A DNA stretch of 64,000 nt from Podarcis bocagei. Taxonomy: Eukaryota. Position numbers and translations under genes: made by a program. Positions 47,304-60,609 of the stretch are shown here, one piece after another. The notes under the pieces were generated by a model. The model did not search any database and had not been told where the DNA came from. It saw only the letters and a list, made by a program, of their open reading frames with translations. Position 1 is the stretch's first letter. Every line of letters begins with the position of its first letter. The stretch lies in NCBI GenBank assembly GCA_964188305.1, contig OZ076897.1, one strand, 5' to 3'.

Positions 47304-49198
47304 TACAGGGGTTTAAGTGTCAAACTCTTTATACACATACTCCGTGTTAGAAACTGAAATATGAAAACTAGGAGCTAAATGGCACCTTAAACCTAGGTTA
47401 TGGGTGCAACAACGGAATGTCTCAGTGTGATTTTTTATAACAAGAATACAAAGCTGAAAATGAATGAACTGCAGCTAAAATATTATGTTCATAATATTAT
47501 TTTTCACATGGTCTAGTCCTTCCCCCTAATATTTTTTAAGAGGGTCTCTTCTCCAATATTCAGAGAGTAGCTAGAGGTGGGGAAACAGAAAAAAGTCCTC
47601 CTTTCCTTCCACTCTGCAGTTTTAATCTGAAATATTAGGTGCTGTATTGTGCCCAGAGCTCAGAAACTGCTCGCGCTAATGAAATTCCCTGTCGCAAAAT
47701 GTGCCTAGAACAATGGGAGTTTTGAACACTGCACTCACTGATTCCAAATAAAGTGTTGGCCGTAGGTAACTTAGTGCCCAATTCTGGGGCTTTAGCCATC
47801 ATATATCCTTCACTCTTGAGTTTCATTACATTTAGTAATTTATAAGTTCGCTAGTGAAGTTCTCCTTTCTTCTTCCTATGTGAGGTATTAATTTTAATCA
47901 ATTGTTCCCTTATATCTTTATCAATTATTATGTCCACCTTAGTTATTCCTAGTCTCCCATTGTGTCTTGCGGCACTGTTGACTTGGTGTCACTCTAGAGA
48001 GATCTCTCCTTTTTGTTATCCAGCTCCTCTGATTACAGCTGTAAAATTCTATTGCCATTACTTTCAATCCCAGGAGGGGGGTTGCCTGGCGCCCCGCCAA
48101 ACCTTGGCAAGTTCTCAAAGTCCAATCCATCCTCCCCTCAGTCAAGGAAAAAATAAGAATTAACTCTGTCGAGATTCCAAGTCTTTTAAAAATTATTCCA
48201 TACTATTATGTTTTCCTCACACAGCTCCGTTTGTCATTGTAATCCATATCTATACTCCCGTCTTCCTTCAACTTCACTTGCTATATGGAAAAAATAATAA
48301 TGACATTCTCCCTTGCTGAATCATTTATGTAAAAAAGGATTTATAATGAAGCCATTGGCTCCCCCCCAACACATACTGTCTTTTAGATCAAATGAAGTCA
48401 TATTTCCTAAATGCCTGCAAGAAGAGATGAGTCCTTACTTGGCATGGAAAGGATGTTGATGATTGGGCCAGGCATATCTCACAGGGGAGAGCATTCCACA
48501 AGTGGGAAACCATGACTGGAAAGGGATCTCTCGCTCATCACCACCCTCCAAACTTCCCTCAGAGGGAGCACCTGGAATACAGCCTCAGATCAAGATTGAA
48601 GGGTCCAGCTAGCTTTACACGAAACCATATTAGGACAAGTTATATTCCATTTATGGGGCAGGGAAGTTCTCTAAATTATCATAAATAAATATCAAATTTC
48701 AATATCTAAGAAAATTGCACATTACAAAACACCACAGTGAGCAGCTAAACAGGGTTTCCTCTAAAGCATCAGAATAAAACATTGTGCATGAAGATCACCT
48801 ACAAAAATACTATGAACATTTCATATTTTAAACAAATACCCATTAAAGCATCAGAATAAAACATTACAAATTGAGATCAGTTGCAAAAGACACCGAGTAA
48901 AAAGTCCACTTATTTAAATAACACAATTAACAACCAAGCAAAAGAAAAGTAAACACACTGTCAACATATGACCAATGAACCATACAGTTAAGCAAGCCAA
49001 TCCAATTAAGTTCCCAATCCCCTGTAGAACAACAAACACAACTTAATCTAACTACTGCTAAAAGTGCCTTCCATTCAGTTTCACTCCAGCACACTCTTAC
49101 ATAGTCAACACACAACGTAAATACAATAAACAATACTCTTAAACTTCACTCTCCTGGTACACACAGTATCCATACTCTGCAACCACTCTCATAATTCA

Positions 49199-49436
49199 GG
49201 GCTCATCCAGACTTGCTTTGTCCCACCACTTTCCCCCAGGGAAACCCTGTCCTTACGGCTGAATCAGAGCAAACATCAGTCGGGTTTTCTCCAGCTTGAC
49301 TTTCACTCCTATTTATTGCTAAAGAGCGGTTTTCTGGGGGAAAGTGGTGGGGCAAGGGCAAAACTGCAGGACAAACAAAAAAGCGCTTGGACACATGGCT
49401 TCTAGGCACAGAACAAGCACAAGCCCGGATGAGCCC
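49199..49436. mobile_element. Palindromic MITE (PIF/Harbinger-like termini)
   Basis: TIRs GGGCTCATCCAGACTTG / CAAGCCCGGATGAGCCC plus an inner inverted pair CCCACCACTTTCCCCCAG / CTGGGGGAAAGTGGTGGG. Confidence 0.65.
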
Positions 49437-50402
49437 ATAGTCTTAAATTCTTACTCAACAGCCTACTCTCACGTATACGCCGTGAAATCCTGATAAAGCC
49501 GGACAAATGCTGATGAACAAAGGCCGCAGCAATATACAAACATTCTTATCAGGTTTCTCCCTTTGCATCTCACTGAGTGGGTGCGGGAGGGATCTACCCC
49601 CAATAGTGGGCTCTCATCTCAGGGGTATCAAAACCTGCTTCTCCAACTTTATGACAAGCAGGCAATCACACTTAAGCCTTATGTATCTGTGTTTAAATGG
49701 TAACATCCTTAGGTCGGAACCTGTCAAAACTGATTTTGTAAAGCACCATGTGCATAGATGGTGCTGTGTTATATTACCGTGTTAATTGTAAGAATAAGAA
49801 ATGCATAATTGGTATCTGGAGGAATTTTTTGATAATATTGTGTACACCTCTGTGTGCTCTGCAGTATATCTCATGCAGAAATCGTACATTGAACCTCCCT
49901 GCAGGATTGCCACCAGTTGAACACTAAGCCACTCAGTCTCAAGAGGTGAAAGTGTCTCACTGAAATAAAAAGTGCTATTTTTCTAGAAAAAGAGGTGCCA
50001 GAACTCACCATGAACACCTCCCTCATTCTCTTAGAACAGCAATGGCGTCCACCTGAGAGGTGCCAGAATTGAGTTCCAGCAAGTTCCGGCTGAATAAAAG
50101 CCCTGCATCCAAGTACAGTGCTTTGATTTTATCCATAGGAGTGACTGGCAGACATTCACTTGTATGGAGGCTAAGGGCTACACTCGGGGAAATCATGCAG
50201 GTGGGGCTAAATGTGCCCGATCTGTTCAGCTCCCTCTGCATCTTCCAGGTTCTCCGAATACTCTGCAAATAGCGTGCTAGATATTTCTGTAACCTCTTGG
50301 GCATCCCCTTAAACTGTATTTCTGCACTTTGTACATATGAGAAAAAAGTACAGCAGATGCTCTCAGTGATATTTACCAATGTTTGCTTTATGTCTCTTTT
50401 AG

Positions 50403-50549
50403 ATTGACATGATTGTAACGCTGGGTGGACTTGGAGGTCGCTTTGACCAGATCATGGCATCTGTGGAGACACTCTTTCATGCAGTTAAGATAACACCCTT
50501 TCCGGTCATAGTTATTCAGGAGAGTTCCCTAATATACTTACTTCAACAT
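50403..50549 (+). CDS. TPK1: Thiamine pyrophosphokinase 1, internal coding exon (147 nt): [49 protein letters not shown]
   Basis: Acceptor tctcttttag|, donor |gtaagt. Matches TPK1 [21 protein letters not shown]...ESLIYLLQ; phase 0-0. Confidence 0.97.
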
Positions 50550-52695
50550 GTAAGTAAAATGAAGCAACATTTTTTGTTTTGAAAAAAACAACAGTCTAAG
50601 AAGACTGATGATGTTGGTCTTCTAAAATTATTTCACCTTCAGTAAGACTTATGTCTATTCCAGCCTGGAAATCAATATGTATCATCAAAGGCAACCAATG
50701 TGTTGTTTCTATCTATTCAAGTTTACAATGAAGTTATTGATTCAGAAATAAAAGACCAAGGGCATGATTCAGCCAAAGTTCAGTTATTTTTCAGTCCCAT
50801 TAATTTCAGGGGAAGAGATTTAAGCTCCTGTTGAATTCTTCCACTGATACTGATATCAGACTTTGAAAAAGCTTAGCTCCAGCTGGATGTTAACTAGATT
50901 GCGCTATGCAACATTTTCTGTTTGCTGCTTAATTTAAAATCAGAAGTTAGGGTCACTCAGGTCTTCCAGCAGCTGCCTCTGTGCTTCTGGTTACTTCTCG
51001 GTTTGGTGGCCTAGAATGAAAACTCCAAGAAGGGGATATGTACAATAATGCACACTAGGGTAGCATTAGCTCATTCTTCAGACTATTTGTCTCCATGGAG
51101 CTTGCAAAAAGATTGGCCATGTGTTTGAGACAGGTGACAGTTCTCCTGCTTTATTCTGTCTCAGAGAACCACTGAGCAAATAGTGAACTGGTTTCCTTTG
51201 AGTCAGATTCCCTCCCTGCCCCTGATGGATACTGTCTGAGATACAACTTCATCTGTGAAATAACGTGCTTGGAAGAGCCACAAGATTTGCACAAGTAGAA
51301 AAAAAGTTTTAGAAAAGAAAACCTAAGGGGGTGACTATCCAACAAAAACAGCCCAGTGAAGACTGGTTGTACACAGTGGCCATTATTGGGCAGTAGTGAT
51401 GGAAAAGAAAAATGGAGCATGGGGGGCAGGGAAGAAGGATACTGGAATACCCTGCTTGGAAGAAATGGCTGGCTGGAACCCTGAGCAGGAGCCCCCCTTT
51501 TAGACAGGAGGATACACTATAGTATTTTGTTGTTCAGTATAGTTGCTGACCAGAGGTAATACACTGAAATTCAGCAGTAAATAATGTTTCCTCAATTTAT
51601 GAGACCCTCAAAGTTTTAAGAAGGATTCTGAACATAGGAAGTCATTTGCTATTACAGTGAGAAATTACTGTTATGGTTATTTGCAGAGCAGAAAACTCTA
51701 GAAACATTTTTATGCAAATGAAGGTCTGAAGGGGAATTGTGATGCAGTTTGAAATTAGGGAGTAGTTTACAAGGAAACAATTTGCACACATTGACACGAA
51801 ATTAAATTTAGATGGCTTTGGGGGGAAGCTGGTTAGAACCTTTCAAAGAGTCTCAACAAGTGAGTGCTGACCCATTCAGAACAAAAAATGGTTGGCTTCA
51901 CTTCAGTGTTGTATTAAGGCACCTAAATGGGTTTTGAAATGCCATGTTAAAAGTCTGTGAAAAGGGATCATGTGAAGCAATAATGAAACCACTAACAATT
52001 TTGCAAACTGCCTCATTATTAATAATTGTATCTTATGTGTTACCGCTTAACTTCAGAATGCCAGGCTGTTACTATGTTTAGCTGGCAGTTATTTACCATC
52101 CTCCACTTTACTCAGTTGGTAAATATGCTAATAGGGAATCTTCAAGTGGAACTTACAATAATCTTATTTCTTCTTAGTGGTCATCCTTTTTAGGAAAAAA
52201 AAAGTTTTTATCCCTCAGTTGCAAAGTAACTAGAACAGCCTAGAACAAAGTGGTACAATTCTGTTGGGTGACCAAAATGAGAAATGAGCCTTAAATGACA
52301 GCCGTATGAGTGATGAATTGTCACAAGTTATGGAGTCTCAAGTGCCACAAAGCAGACTCAGGTAGTCATAGTAAAATACTGGAACATTGTTAAGCCAGCC
52401 AATGGATGGGCAGTCTGGGATATATATATATCCAGAACAACTAGTAATCTACTAAGAAAATACAGCTCACCATCCATACATTTATTATTTCTTCATATAC
52501 TACGTTTAGATACTTCCTTCCTCCTATGATGGTAAGGGAACACCTAGCTACTTTAAATAAATTCAGATCTCCAGGCCTTGATGAGCTGCACTCAAGGGTA
52601 CTAAAGGAGTTTGTGGATGTAATGTCAGAGCCTTTGTCCATAATCTTTGAGAATTCAGGAGAGCAGGTGAGGTCCCGGCAGACTGGATGTGGGTG

Positions 52696-54262
52696 AATCA
52701 TAGACTCATAGAGTTGGAATAGACCACAAGGGCCATCGAGTCCAACCCCCTGCCAAGCAGGAAACACCATCAGAGCACTCCTGACATATGGTTGTCAAGC
52801 CTCTGCTTAAAGACCTCCAAAGTAGGAGACTCCACCACACTCCTTGGCAGCAAATTCCACTGTCGAACAGCTCTTACGGTCAGGAAGTTCTTCCTAATGT
52901 TTAGGTGGAATCTTCTTTCTTGTAGTTTGGCTCCATTGCTCCGTGTCCGCTTCTCTGGAGCAGCAGAAAACAACCTTTCTCCCTCCTCTATATGACATCC
53001 TTTTATATATTTGAACATGGCTATCATATCACCCCTTAACCTCCTCTTCTCCAGGCTAAACATGCCCAGCTCCCTTAGCCGTTCCTCATAAGGCATCGTT
53101 TCCAGGCCTTTGACCATTTTGGTTGCCCTCCTCTGGACACGTTCCAGTTTGTCAGTGTCCTTCTTGAGCTGTGGTGCCCAGAACTGGACACAGTACTCCA
53201 GGTGAGGTCTGACCAGAGCAGAATACAGTGGCACTATTACTTCTCTTGATCTAGATGCTATACTCCTATTGATGCAGCCCAGAATTGCATTGGCTTTTTT
53301 AGCTGCCACGCCACACTGTTGGCTCATGTCAAGTTTGTGGTCAACCAAGACTCCTAAATCCTTTTCACATGTACTGCTCTCAAGCCAGGTGTCACCCATC
53401 TTGTATTTGTGCCTCTCCTTTTTTTTGCCCAAGTGCAATACTTTACATTTCTCCCTGTTAAAGTTCATCTTGTTTGTTTTGGCCCAGTTCTCTAATCTGT
53501 CAAGGTCGTTTTGAAGTGTGATCCTGTCCTCTGGGGTGTTAGCCACCCCTCCCAGTTTGGTGTCATCTACAAATTTGATCAGGATGCCCTTGAGTCCATC
53601 ATCCAAGTCGCTGATAAAGATGTTGAATAAGACCGGACCCAAGACAGAACCCTGTGGCACCCCACTAGTCACTCTTCTCCAGGATGAAGAGGAACCATTG
53701 ATGAGCACCCTTTGGGTTTGGTCAGTCAGCCAGTTACAAATCCACTGAGTGGTAGCATAGTCAAGACCGCATTTTACCAGCTTCTTTACAAGAAGATCAT
53801 GGGGCACCTTGTCAAATGCCTTGCTGGAATCAAGGTAGGCTACATCCACTGCGTTCCCTTCATCTACCAGGCTTGTAATTCTGTCAAAAAACGAGATCAG
53901 GTTAGTCTGACATGACTTATTTTTCAGAAATCCATGCTGACTATTGGTGATCACAGCATTCCTTTCTAGGTGCTCACAGACTGTTTGCTTAATGATCTGC
54001 TCCAGAATCTTCCCTGGTATTGATGTCAGACTGACTGGGCGGTAATTATTTGGGTCCTCTCTTTTCCCCTGGCAGTTCTTTTAATACTCTTGGATGCAGT
54101 TCATCTGGCCCTGGAGACTTGCATACATCTAAACTAGCCAAGTATTCTTGTACTATCTCCTTAGTTATTCTGGGCTGTGTTTCCTCTGCTGAATTATTTG
54201 CTCCAAATTCTTCAGGTCGGGCATTGTTTTCTTTATCGGAGAAGACTGAGGCAAAGAAGGCA
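52696..54262 (-). mobile_element. Young CR1 LINE, 5'-truncated, with 394-aa RT ORF and an internal deletion near 54070
   Basis: ORF 52770-53954 has [20 protein letters not shown] and FVDD (for FADD). A block present in the 38606 copy (about 39980-40085) is missing. Confidence 0.96.
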
Positions 54263-55235
54263 TTGTTGTTCCCATCATCAAAAGGGGGAGGAAAGAAGAT
54301 CCAGGTAACTACTGACTGGTGAGCTTGACATAAATACCAGGAAAGGTCCTAGAACAGATCATTCAGCAGTCGGTCTATGAAGTTGTGATGCTGTGATTAC
54401 CAAGAACAACTGTGCCCAAAGTAACAAAATGAATTTCAGTAGGGACAAATGTCAGGTTCTGCACTTAGGCAGTAAGAACCAGCTGCACAAATATAAGATG
54501 GGGGACACCTCATGTAGTGGACCTACCACTAAATGCAAAGTAGTAAATGCACAGCTTCTCCTAAACTACAGTTGCTAAAAAAAAATCAGTTGTTGCACTT
54601 CAGGTAGATGTTCAGGTTTCTAGAATAGATAGTAAAATGCTTAACTTCGTTTCTGTTCCTTCCCTCTCGTTCCTTTACTTAGTTATGATCGGTATTACAG
54701 TTAAATACTTTTAACACAGCACAGCTTCCTTCACTGTTTAGAACTTTGGTTCATGAGCAAGGGGCACTTTTTGTCAGTTACAATCCCATTCCTGAGGTAT
54801 TAGTCTAACAGACCAGGGGATCCCCTCACCCCTCTTAACAGGCTTGTGAGTCTTCTCTAGCTAGAAAATCTCTCCCCTCCTGACTGGAAGGAGACCCAAG
54901 GAGACTTCATCCTCACAGCTTCTACTTCTCTTGCTCAAACTCAGCCCTCCAGTTCACTCCTATCTGAATACTCTCCCAAGACACTCAACACCATCTTCCT
55001 AGCTAAGCTATAAGGCTTCTTCCTCTAGCTGTAGATATTCCCCTCAGAGCGGATGTTAAACTCAAATTTGAACCAACTCTCTCAGACGAACCCTATCCTG
55101 TGTCGAGATCTCCGCTTGGCCAAGCTGATAGAGCTCATCCTCCTCCGACCGAGTCCAACATGATTAATGACCTGAGCCTTTGATGAGGCCTCAGGCACAT
55201 TCCCATTCAGCAGAGAATCCAGCAGCATGCGGAAG

Positions 55236-55473
55236 TGATGAGATTTATGGCTACATTGCAAAGAGTTTTATTTTACTAACTACGCAGACAGAAAAGACAT
55301 CCTCTCTCTGTGAAAGCAGAGAGCAACTGAAACAAAGGAACAAAGGAACAGGAACCAGTAACGTCACATCCGTCTCCCATCTCCCGTGAGACTTCCAACA
55401 GTATGGAATGTGTGGAATGTAAACAGAGTCTTGTGACTCCAAAGCACTGCTCAGTGGCAAACAGAAACTAACA
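55236..55473 (-). mobile_element. 3' LTR of a Ty1/Copia element
   Basis: Minus strand: polypurine tract AGAAAGGGGGAGGA (55474-55487), then TGTTAG..., AATAAA near 55270 and an end ...CTCATCA. The left boundary is approximate. Confidence 0.7.
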
Positions 55474-55520
55474 TCCTCCCCCTTTCTGTGAACACCACTG
55501 GGCAGTGTGTCAGTACAATC

Positions 55521-56277
55521 TCAGTACAAACCCAGTTTCTGTACATAGGTACAGTGTTGATCCTTCGGAACCACCTTGGACAATAAATCAGCAGGAATTT
55601 CATTACCTGGCATGTAGGACACCATTACGAGTCCTTTCTGAACACATTCTCTAGCATGTTGCAGCTTCAATTGCAAGTGCTTTGTGCTTTGCTTACAACC
55701 TTCAGAAGTCAGCAAAGCACGAAGCACTTGCAATTGAAGCTGCAACATGCTAGAGAAACATGCTTTGCTGTCCTGATAAACATGGATTGGACACTTTATA
55801 GGAATTCTCATGTCTTTACACAATTGTAACAACCATTCACAATCCACAAGTGAATAAGACAGTACATTCAGTTCAGCTTCACAAGAACTTAAGCTTACTG
55901 TTGTTTGCTTCTTGCACGACCAATCAAATAGACCCTGGTTGTACATGTAGAAAACTCCAGACATGCTTTTCATGTCTGTAGTGTCACTTCCAAAACTCGC
56001 ATCAGCAAATATCTCAAGACCAGACTTCTGATTGTTAAATCTCAGTCTGTAGTGTATAGTGCCTTTCAAATAGCATGCTATGCGTTTCAGAGCTTTCCAA
56101 TCCTTAACAGCAGGATTGTTGACTTGTCTGCTTAGCAAGTTTGTGCTAACTGCAACGTCCGGTCTTGAACATCTGGCAATGAAGTTTAGTTTGCCTAGCA
56201 CACTTCTGTACAGTGTAGTGTCAGAAAATGCTTCTTCGGTATCATCTACCTGATAACCTGTTGTCATTGGTGTGCAG
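55521..56277 (-). mobile_element. Ty1/Copia pol fragment: RT C-terminus and RNase H
   Basis: YRSVLGKLNFIARCSRPDVAVSTNLLSR, LKRIACYLKGT, FADASF, KKQTTVSLSSCEAE, YQDS, TKHLQLKLQHARE and PADLLSK are the Copia RT/RNase H motifs in the expected order. Confidence 0.93.
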
Positions 56278-58451
56278 AGGAGGACGACCAAACGTGTGAA
56301 GATCAAGATGATCAAGGGTATGGAAACCAAGCCTTACGAGGAAAGGTGGAGGGAGTTGGGGGATATTTAGCCTGGGAAAGAGGAGGCTGAGAGGAGATAT
56401 GATAGCCATCTTCAAATATCTAAAAGGCTGTCATATGGAAGGAGCAAGCTTGTTTGGCCATCTGTCATGGATGCTTTAGTTGAGATGTCAGCATTGCAAG
56501 GGGTTGGACTAGATGACTCTCGGGGTCCCTTCCAACTCTACGATTCTTTCTTCTTCTTCTTCATTTATTTATTTATTTATTATTGATTTCATTTTACATG
56601 AAACTCTACAATTCTATGAACTTCTGAGTACCTAATGTTGAAGAGCACTGATCTAGTGCACCCAGCTGCTGCTTTGAGTGGCAGCCGCTCTCCAGGGACT
56701 CGGACAGGGGACTTGAGGGCTGGGAGTGCCAAGGAAGTTCAGAGTCTTCCATTTGGATGGCACATACTCTCCTGCCCCTAAAGCTAAGGCTCTTCTCTAG
56801 TAACCCAGTCAGATTCTGAGCAAGAACGATTATGTTTTGCTGAGAGAATCTGAAGAGGAATGAAAGACGCAGGTGGCTCAAACGTTTTGTTCTATTCTCT
56901 TTTAAAATGAAAGCCAGAATAACAAAAAAGGGGAAAGAAAAAGGCAGGAGCAGATCAGAAAGTGGAACGAGCCCCATGGAATGTTAAAAGTGGGAATTCT
57001 GAGAAACAAAATGCTATTTTTAACTTTGAAACTTTCAGCTATTAATGTAACAGCCCGAAAGGCAGTTTAACACTTTGACCATGAATTGCAAGGAAGCCTT
57101 TGATGAGATGCACATTTGGAAGCTGAAGGCCAGGGGTAATATCTTATGATTTCTTAGGTCTTCCTCTCACCCCTTGTTCTCTGGCACAAGGCTCAATTTT
57201 TAAAAAAACGGGGGATGGGGAGAGAGAATTGCTAGTTTCTTTGATGAAAATTGCCTGAGGAAAATACCATGCTAATAAGAAGCAGGCGAAGCTTTATGCA
57301 GTAGATGTGAAAATTGCTAAGACTGCAGAGAGGAAAAGAATAATTTGTTCTCTCTGTTCCAAGAAAACAAAGCTCCACATATAAAGTTAAAAAGATGTAA
57401 CCCTATTCTTTCCCAAATGTATTTTGCACTCCACCCCTAAAAGATGGACAGAAATGGACCCCAAGTGCATTTTTCACACAGGCAGTTGAAATTGATCCTT
57501 ACCCAAGTTATGGACTTTAAAAATACAACCTTTGAGGCCTCTTGTCCCATTTAAATGTGGGTTTTATGCTCTGGGGAAGCAGTAAACTATAATTCCAGTT
57601 TCATATTTTGAGAGTCCAGCAACCCTGGAGCAAAAGAGCAATGGGAAGGTAATTTCAGATCATGAAGATCCAGAGTCTCTTAACCATACATGCATCCACT
57701 ACCTGTTCTGCGTCATCTTGACTGACTGATTGCCTGAAGCAGCAGATGCTGTGGGCATTCTGGTGCATCATGAAAATAAATGGAAGACTTTTGATTGAAG
57801 AGTAGGCAGATGCCTTAGTTGGCCGTGTGCACTTGATCTAAGGACAGACCCTCATGAACTGACATATTCTGTGCATGTGAGGGCTCAGGGGACACAAAGT
57901 CAGTATTCTTGAGGGGTGGGTGGGAATGCTCCCCTGTACAAAGTGAAAAGCCATCTGTGTAAGCTGCACAATATAATTTATTTGTTGCTTTATACAAAAA
58001 AAGGTCTTAAAGTGACTTTCAAAAGGTTAAAATAACAAAACATTCATGACACGCTGGTCCTGCGACCTATGCTGCATACAATGTGTGCTGATGGAACCAG
58101 GGTAAACCGATTCCTTCTGCGCGTGTACAGTGCAGTTCTAAAGCATTGCAATAGATCTCTCTTAAACTTCAGTGTGCATTTGCACTAAGACATGTGCACA
58201 ACAATACTATTCATTTACTGAAAGCATTTTTAATCCCACTCTTTTATCATAAAAGGCTCTCAGAGTTCAGTAGCAAGCCAATCTTTGCTCTCAGGCAAAA
58301 GTCAAAACACACAAGGATAAGGGGAGCAGACAGGTAAAGAAAGCTCAGGCACCAGTTCTGAAAGTTACCGTTTTAAACATGACTGGTTGGAATGTTAACT
58401 GCTTAGGTAGTCTGATGGAATAGCCATTGCTATGTGACGTTATTCACTGCA

Positions 58452-58660
58452 AACATAGGAACTTAGGAAGAGCCCTCCTGGTTCCAAGCCAAAGACCTGT
58501 CTACTCCAGCTTCCTGTTCTCTCAGTCACCAACCAGATACCTATGAGAAGCATGCAAGCAAGACTTGAGTTTAATAGCACTCTTCCCGCTCATGTTCTCA
58601 AAAACTGGTATACAGCCGTATTGTCACCAATTTTGGAGGTACTATTGCCATTGTGACTAG
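58452..58660 (-). mobile_element. Ancient CR1-type 3' fragment
   Basis: ACATAGGAACTTAGGAAGAGCCCT...CCAAAGACCTGTCTACTCCAGC resembles old CR1 tails; a similar remnant lies at 11975-12115. Confidence 0.5.
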
Positions 58661-59604
58661 TCGCCATTTATTGCTTTGTACTCTATGAAATATATATTGT
58701 TCATCCCCCAATGAGATAAGTGAGAGTTTTCCCCAATTAGGCCTTGTGCAAAAATGACCATAGAATGGACCCATAACCTCTTTGCTAAATTATTTTTCTG
58801 GTTCATTTCAGAAAAAGCAGGTATGTAAATTACATACATATATACTTCCTAATTCTCTAACAGAAGGACACTGGCTATATATCCAACATTAAATAACTGG
58901 GCTCTCATAGAAGGACTGCAATACCCTGACAGCCGTCTAATCTCATTACAAAAATGTACTACACTGAGCAGTATTTAAAAATATAAAATATAAGAACACA
59001 AGGCAGGAATGATTTAACTTTGAAACAGTTACAATCACCAGCTGCATTCCTCCCCTGTAATCTCAAACCCCACAAAGTTCTTCAAAAGACACGTCAAATA
59101 AGTATATATATGCAAAAAAAACTCCACAGTGGGTATGCAATTTTAATGAGCAGTTTGCTCATGAATTTGTTTGAAATCCATGTGACTTAGAAGCAGAAAC
59201 AGGAGCATGCTCTGAAATTCAATATACAAAGGCTGCTCTGCTCAGCAGGTGGGAGTGAGCTCCAGAATTGATAGCCTCTGTGCATTATGTGAATTGAAGT
59301 CCATGTGCTCCAGTATGTAGGCACCCTAGTGCTACCCACTATGGCAAGGAAACCATATGGAATTCGAAGTACCTATCGCACTGTGTTTATTCATAGATCC
59401 AGAAAGATATCAGGAAACAAACTAGTCCCAGATGTGTGCAGGAGCAGTGAGGAACAGGATTCAGTGATGAAGCTCATCTGATCTGCATTTTGTATTTATG
59501 AATTTTGATGTTTTTGAAGGTTTGCTGTAAGCCACTTTGGGCACAACTTGTGGAAGAAGCAGCAGTCAATGTACAGTTTCCTGGTTCACTCCCCTACCCT
59601 ACCA

Positions 59605-60152
59605 TAGAATAATAGAATCTTAGAGTTGGAAGGGACCCCAGGATTCATCTAGTCCAACCCCCTACAATGCAAGAATCTCAACTAAAGCATCCACAACACA
59701 TGACCATCCAACATCTGCTCAAAAACCTCCAAGGAAGAGGAGGCCACCACCTTCTGAGGGAGTCCATTCCACAGCTGAACAGCTCCTACTGTCAGAAATT
59801 TCTTCACGTTTAGTTGTAATATCCTTTCTTGTAACTTGAAGCCATATGTGTGGGCCCTACCCTCCAGAGCAGGAGAAAACAACCTTGCTCCATCTTCCAT
59901 GTGACAGCCTTTGAGATATTGGAAGATGGCTAGCATATCTCCTCCCAGTCCCCTCTTTCCCAGGCTAAACATCCCCAGCTCCCGCTACTGTTCCTCATGA
60001 GGTTTGGTTTCCTTCCTTGATCATTTTGGTCAGCCTCCTCTTCACATGTTTCAGCTTGTCAATATCGTTCTTAAATTGTGGTGGCCAGAACTGATCGCAG
60101 TGGGGTGGGGTCTGACCAAGGCAAATAGAGCAGTACTATTACTTCCCTTGAT
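59605..60152 (-). mobile_element. Older CR1 3' fragment
   Basis: MFSLGKRGLGGDMLAIFQYLKGCH...WNGLPQKVV with a CR1 tail. Confidence 0.88.
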
Positions 60153-60609
60153 CAGGACAGTAGGCTATAGTTGTTGGGTTACCTCTCCCACCATCCATCA
60201 CCATTGGCTAAGCTGGCTGGGGAAGGCAAGAGTTGGAAAACAAGAACATGCAGGGGGCACTGTGCATGATACATCACTGATATCACTCAGCATAAGGAAG
60301 CTCCTTAAGTTTATATCTAAATAATGTGTATATTTATAATATTTATAACTAAAAAAGGCTAATGGCCCTGGGTATTTTATTAGCTTCTCCTACAACTTGC
60401 TTCATTTGATGGAGTCCTCTAGAGCTATTGGCTCTGCCAGCCTCTTTTGTGGTCCACTTGCTGTCTCCTGGTATCACACTGTGGCCTGGATTGTGTAGGC
60501 TGAGTTGTGGGCTGAGTAGATGGATGAAGGAGAGAATATCTTTCCTACAACAGTGGATGGTGATGCCTTTAAGTCCCTTACAGCTCCATGATTCTGAAGC
60601 CTGCCAGAC

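Larger units (their letters stand above)
52530..56547 (+). mobile_element. Old CR1 (+ strand) in three pieces: 52530-52695, 54264-54510, 56275-56547
   Basis: Collinear CR1 ORF2 pieces (SPGLDELH..VLKE..IIFENS..GEVPADW; VVPIIKRGRKEDPGNY..MNFSRDKCQVLHLG; QRRTTK..MIKGMETKPYEER..3' tail) separated by younger insertions. Confidence 0.75.

Noticed and set aside
48925-49705. Possible further solo LTR (ends ...GGTAACA) around the palindromic MITE
   Set aside because: I could not define the other terminus or a TSD by eye.
55521-56330. The 269-aa ORF as a complete gene with a signal peptide (MVSIPLIILIFTRLVVLL)
   Set aside because: The first 17 or so codons are the antisense strand of the adjacent CR1 piece; the ORF is a junction chimera.
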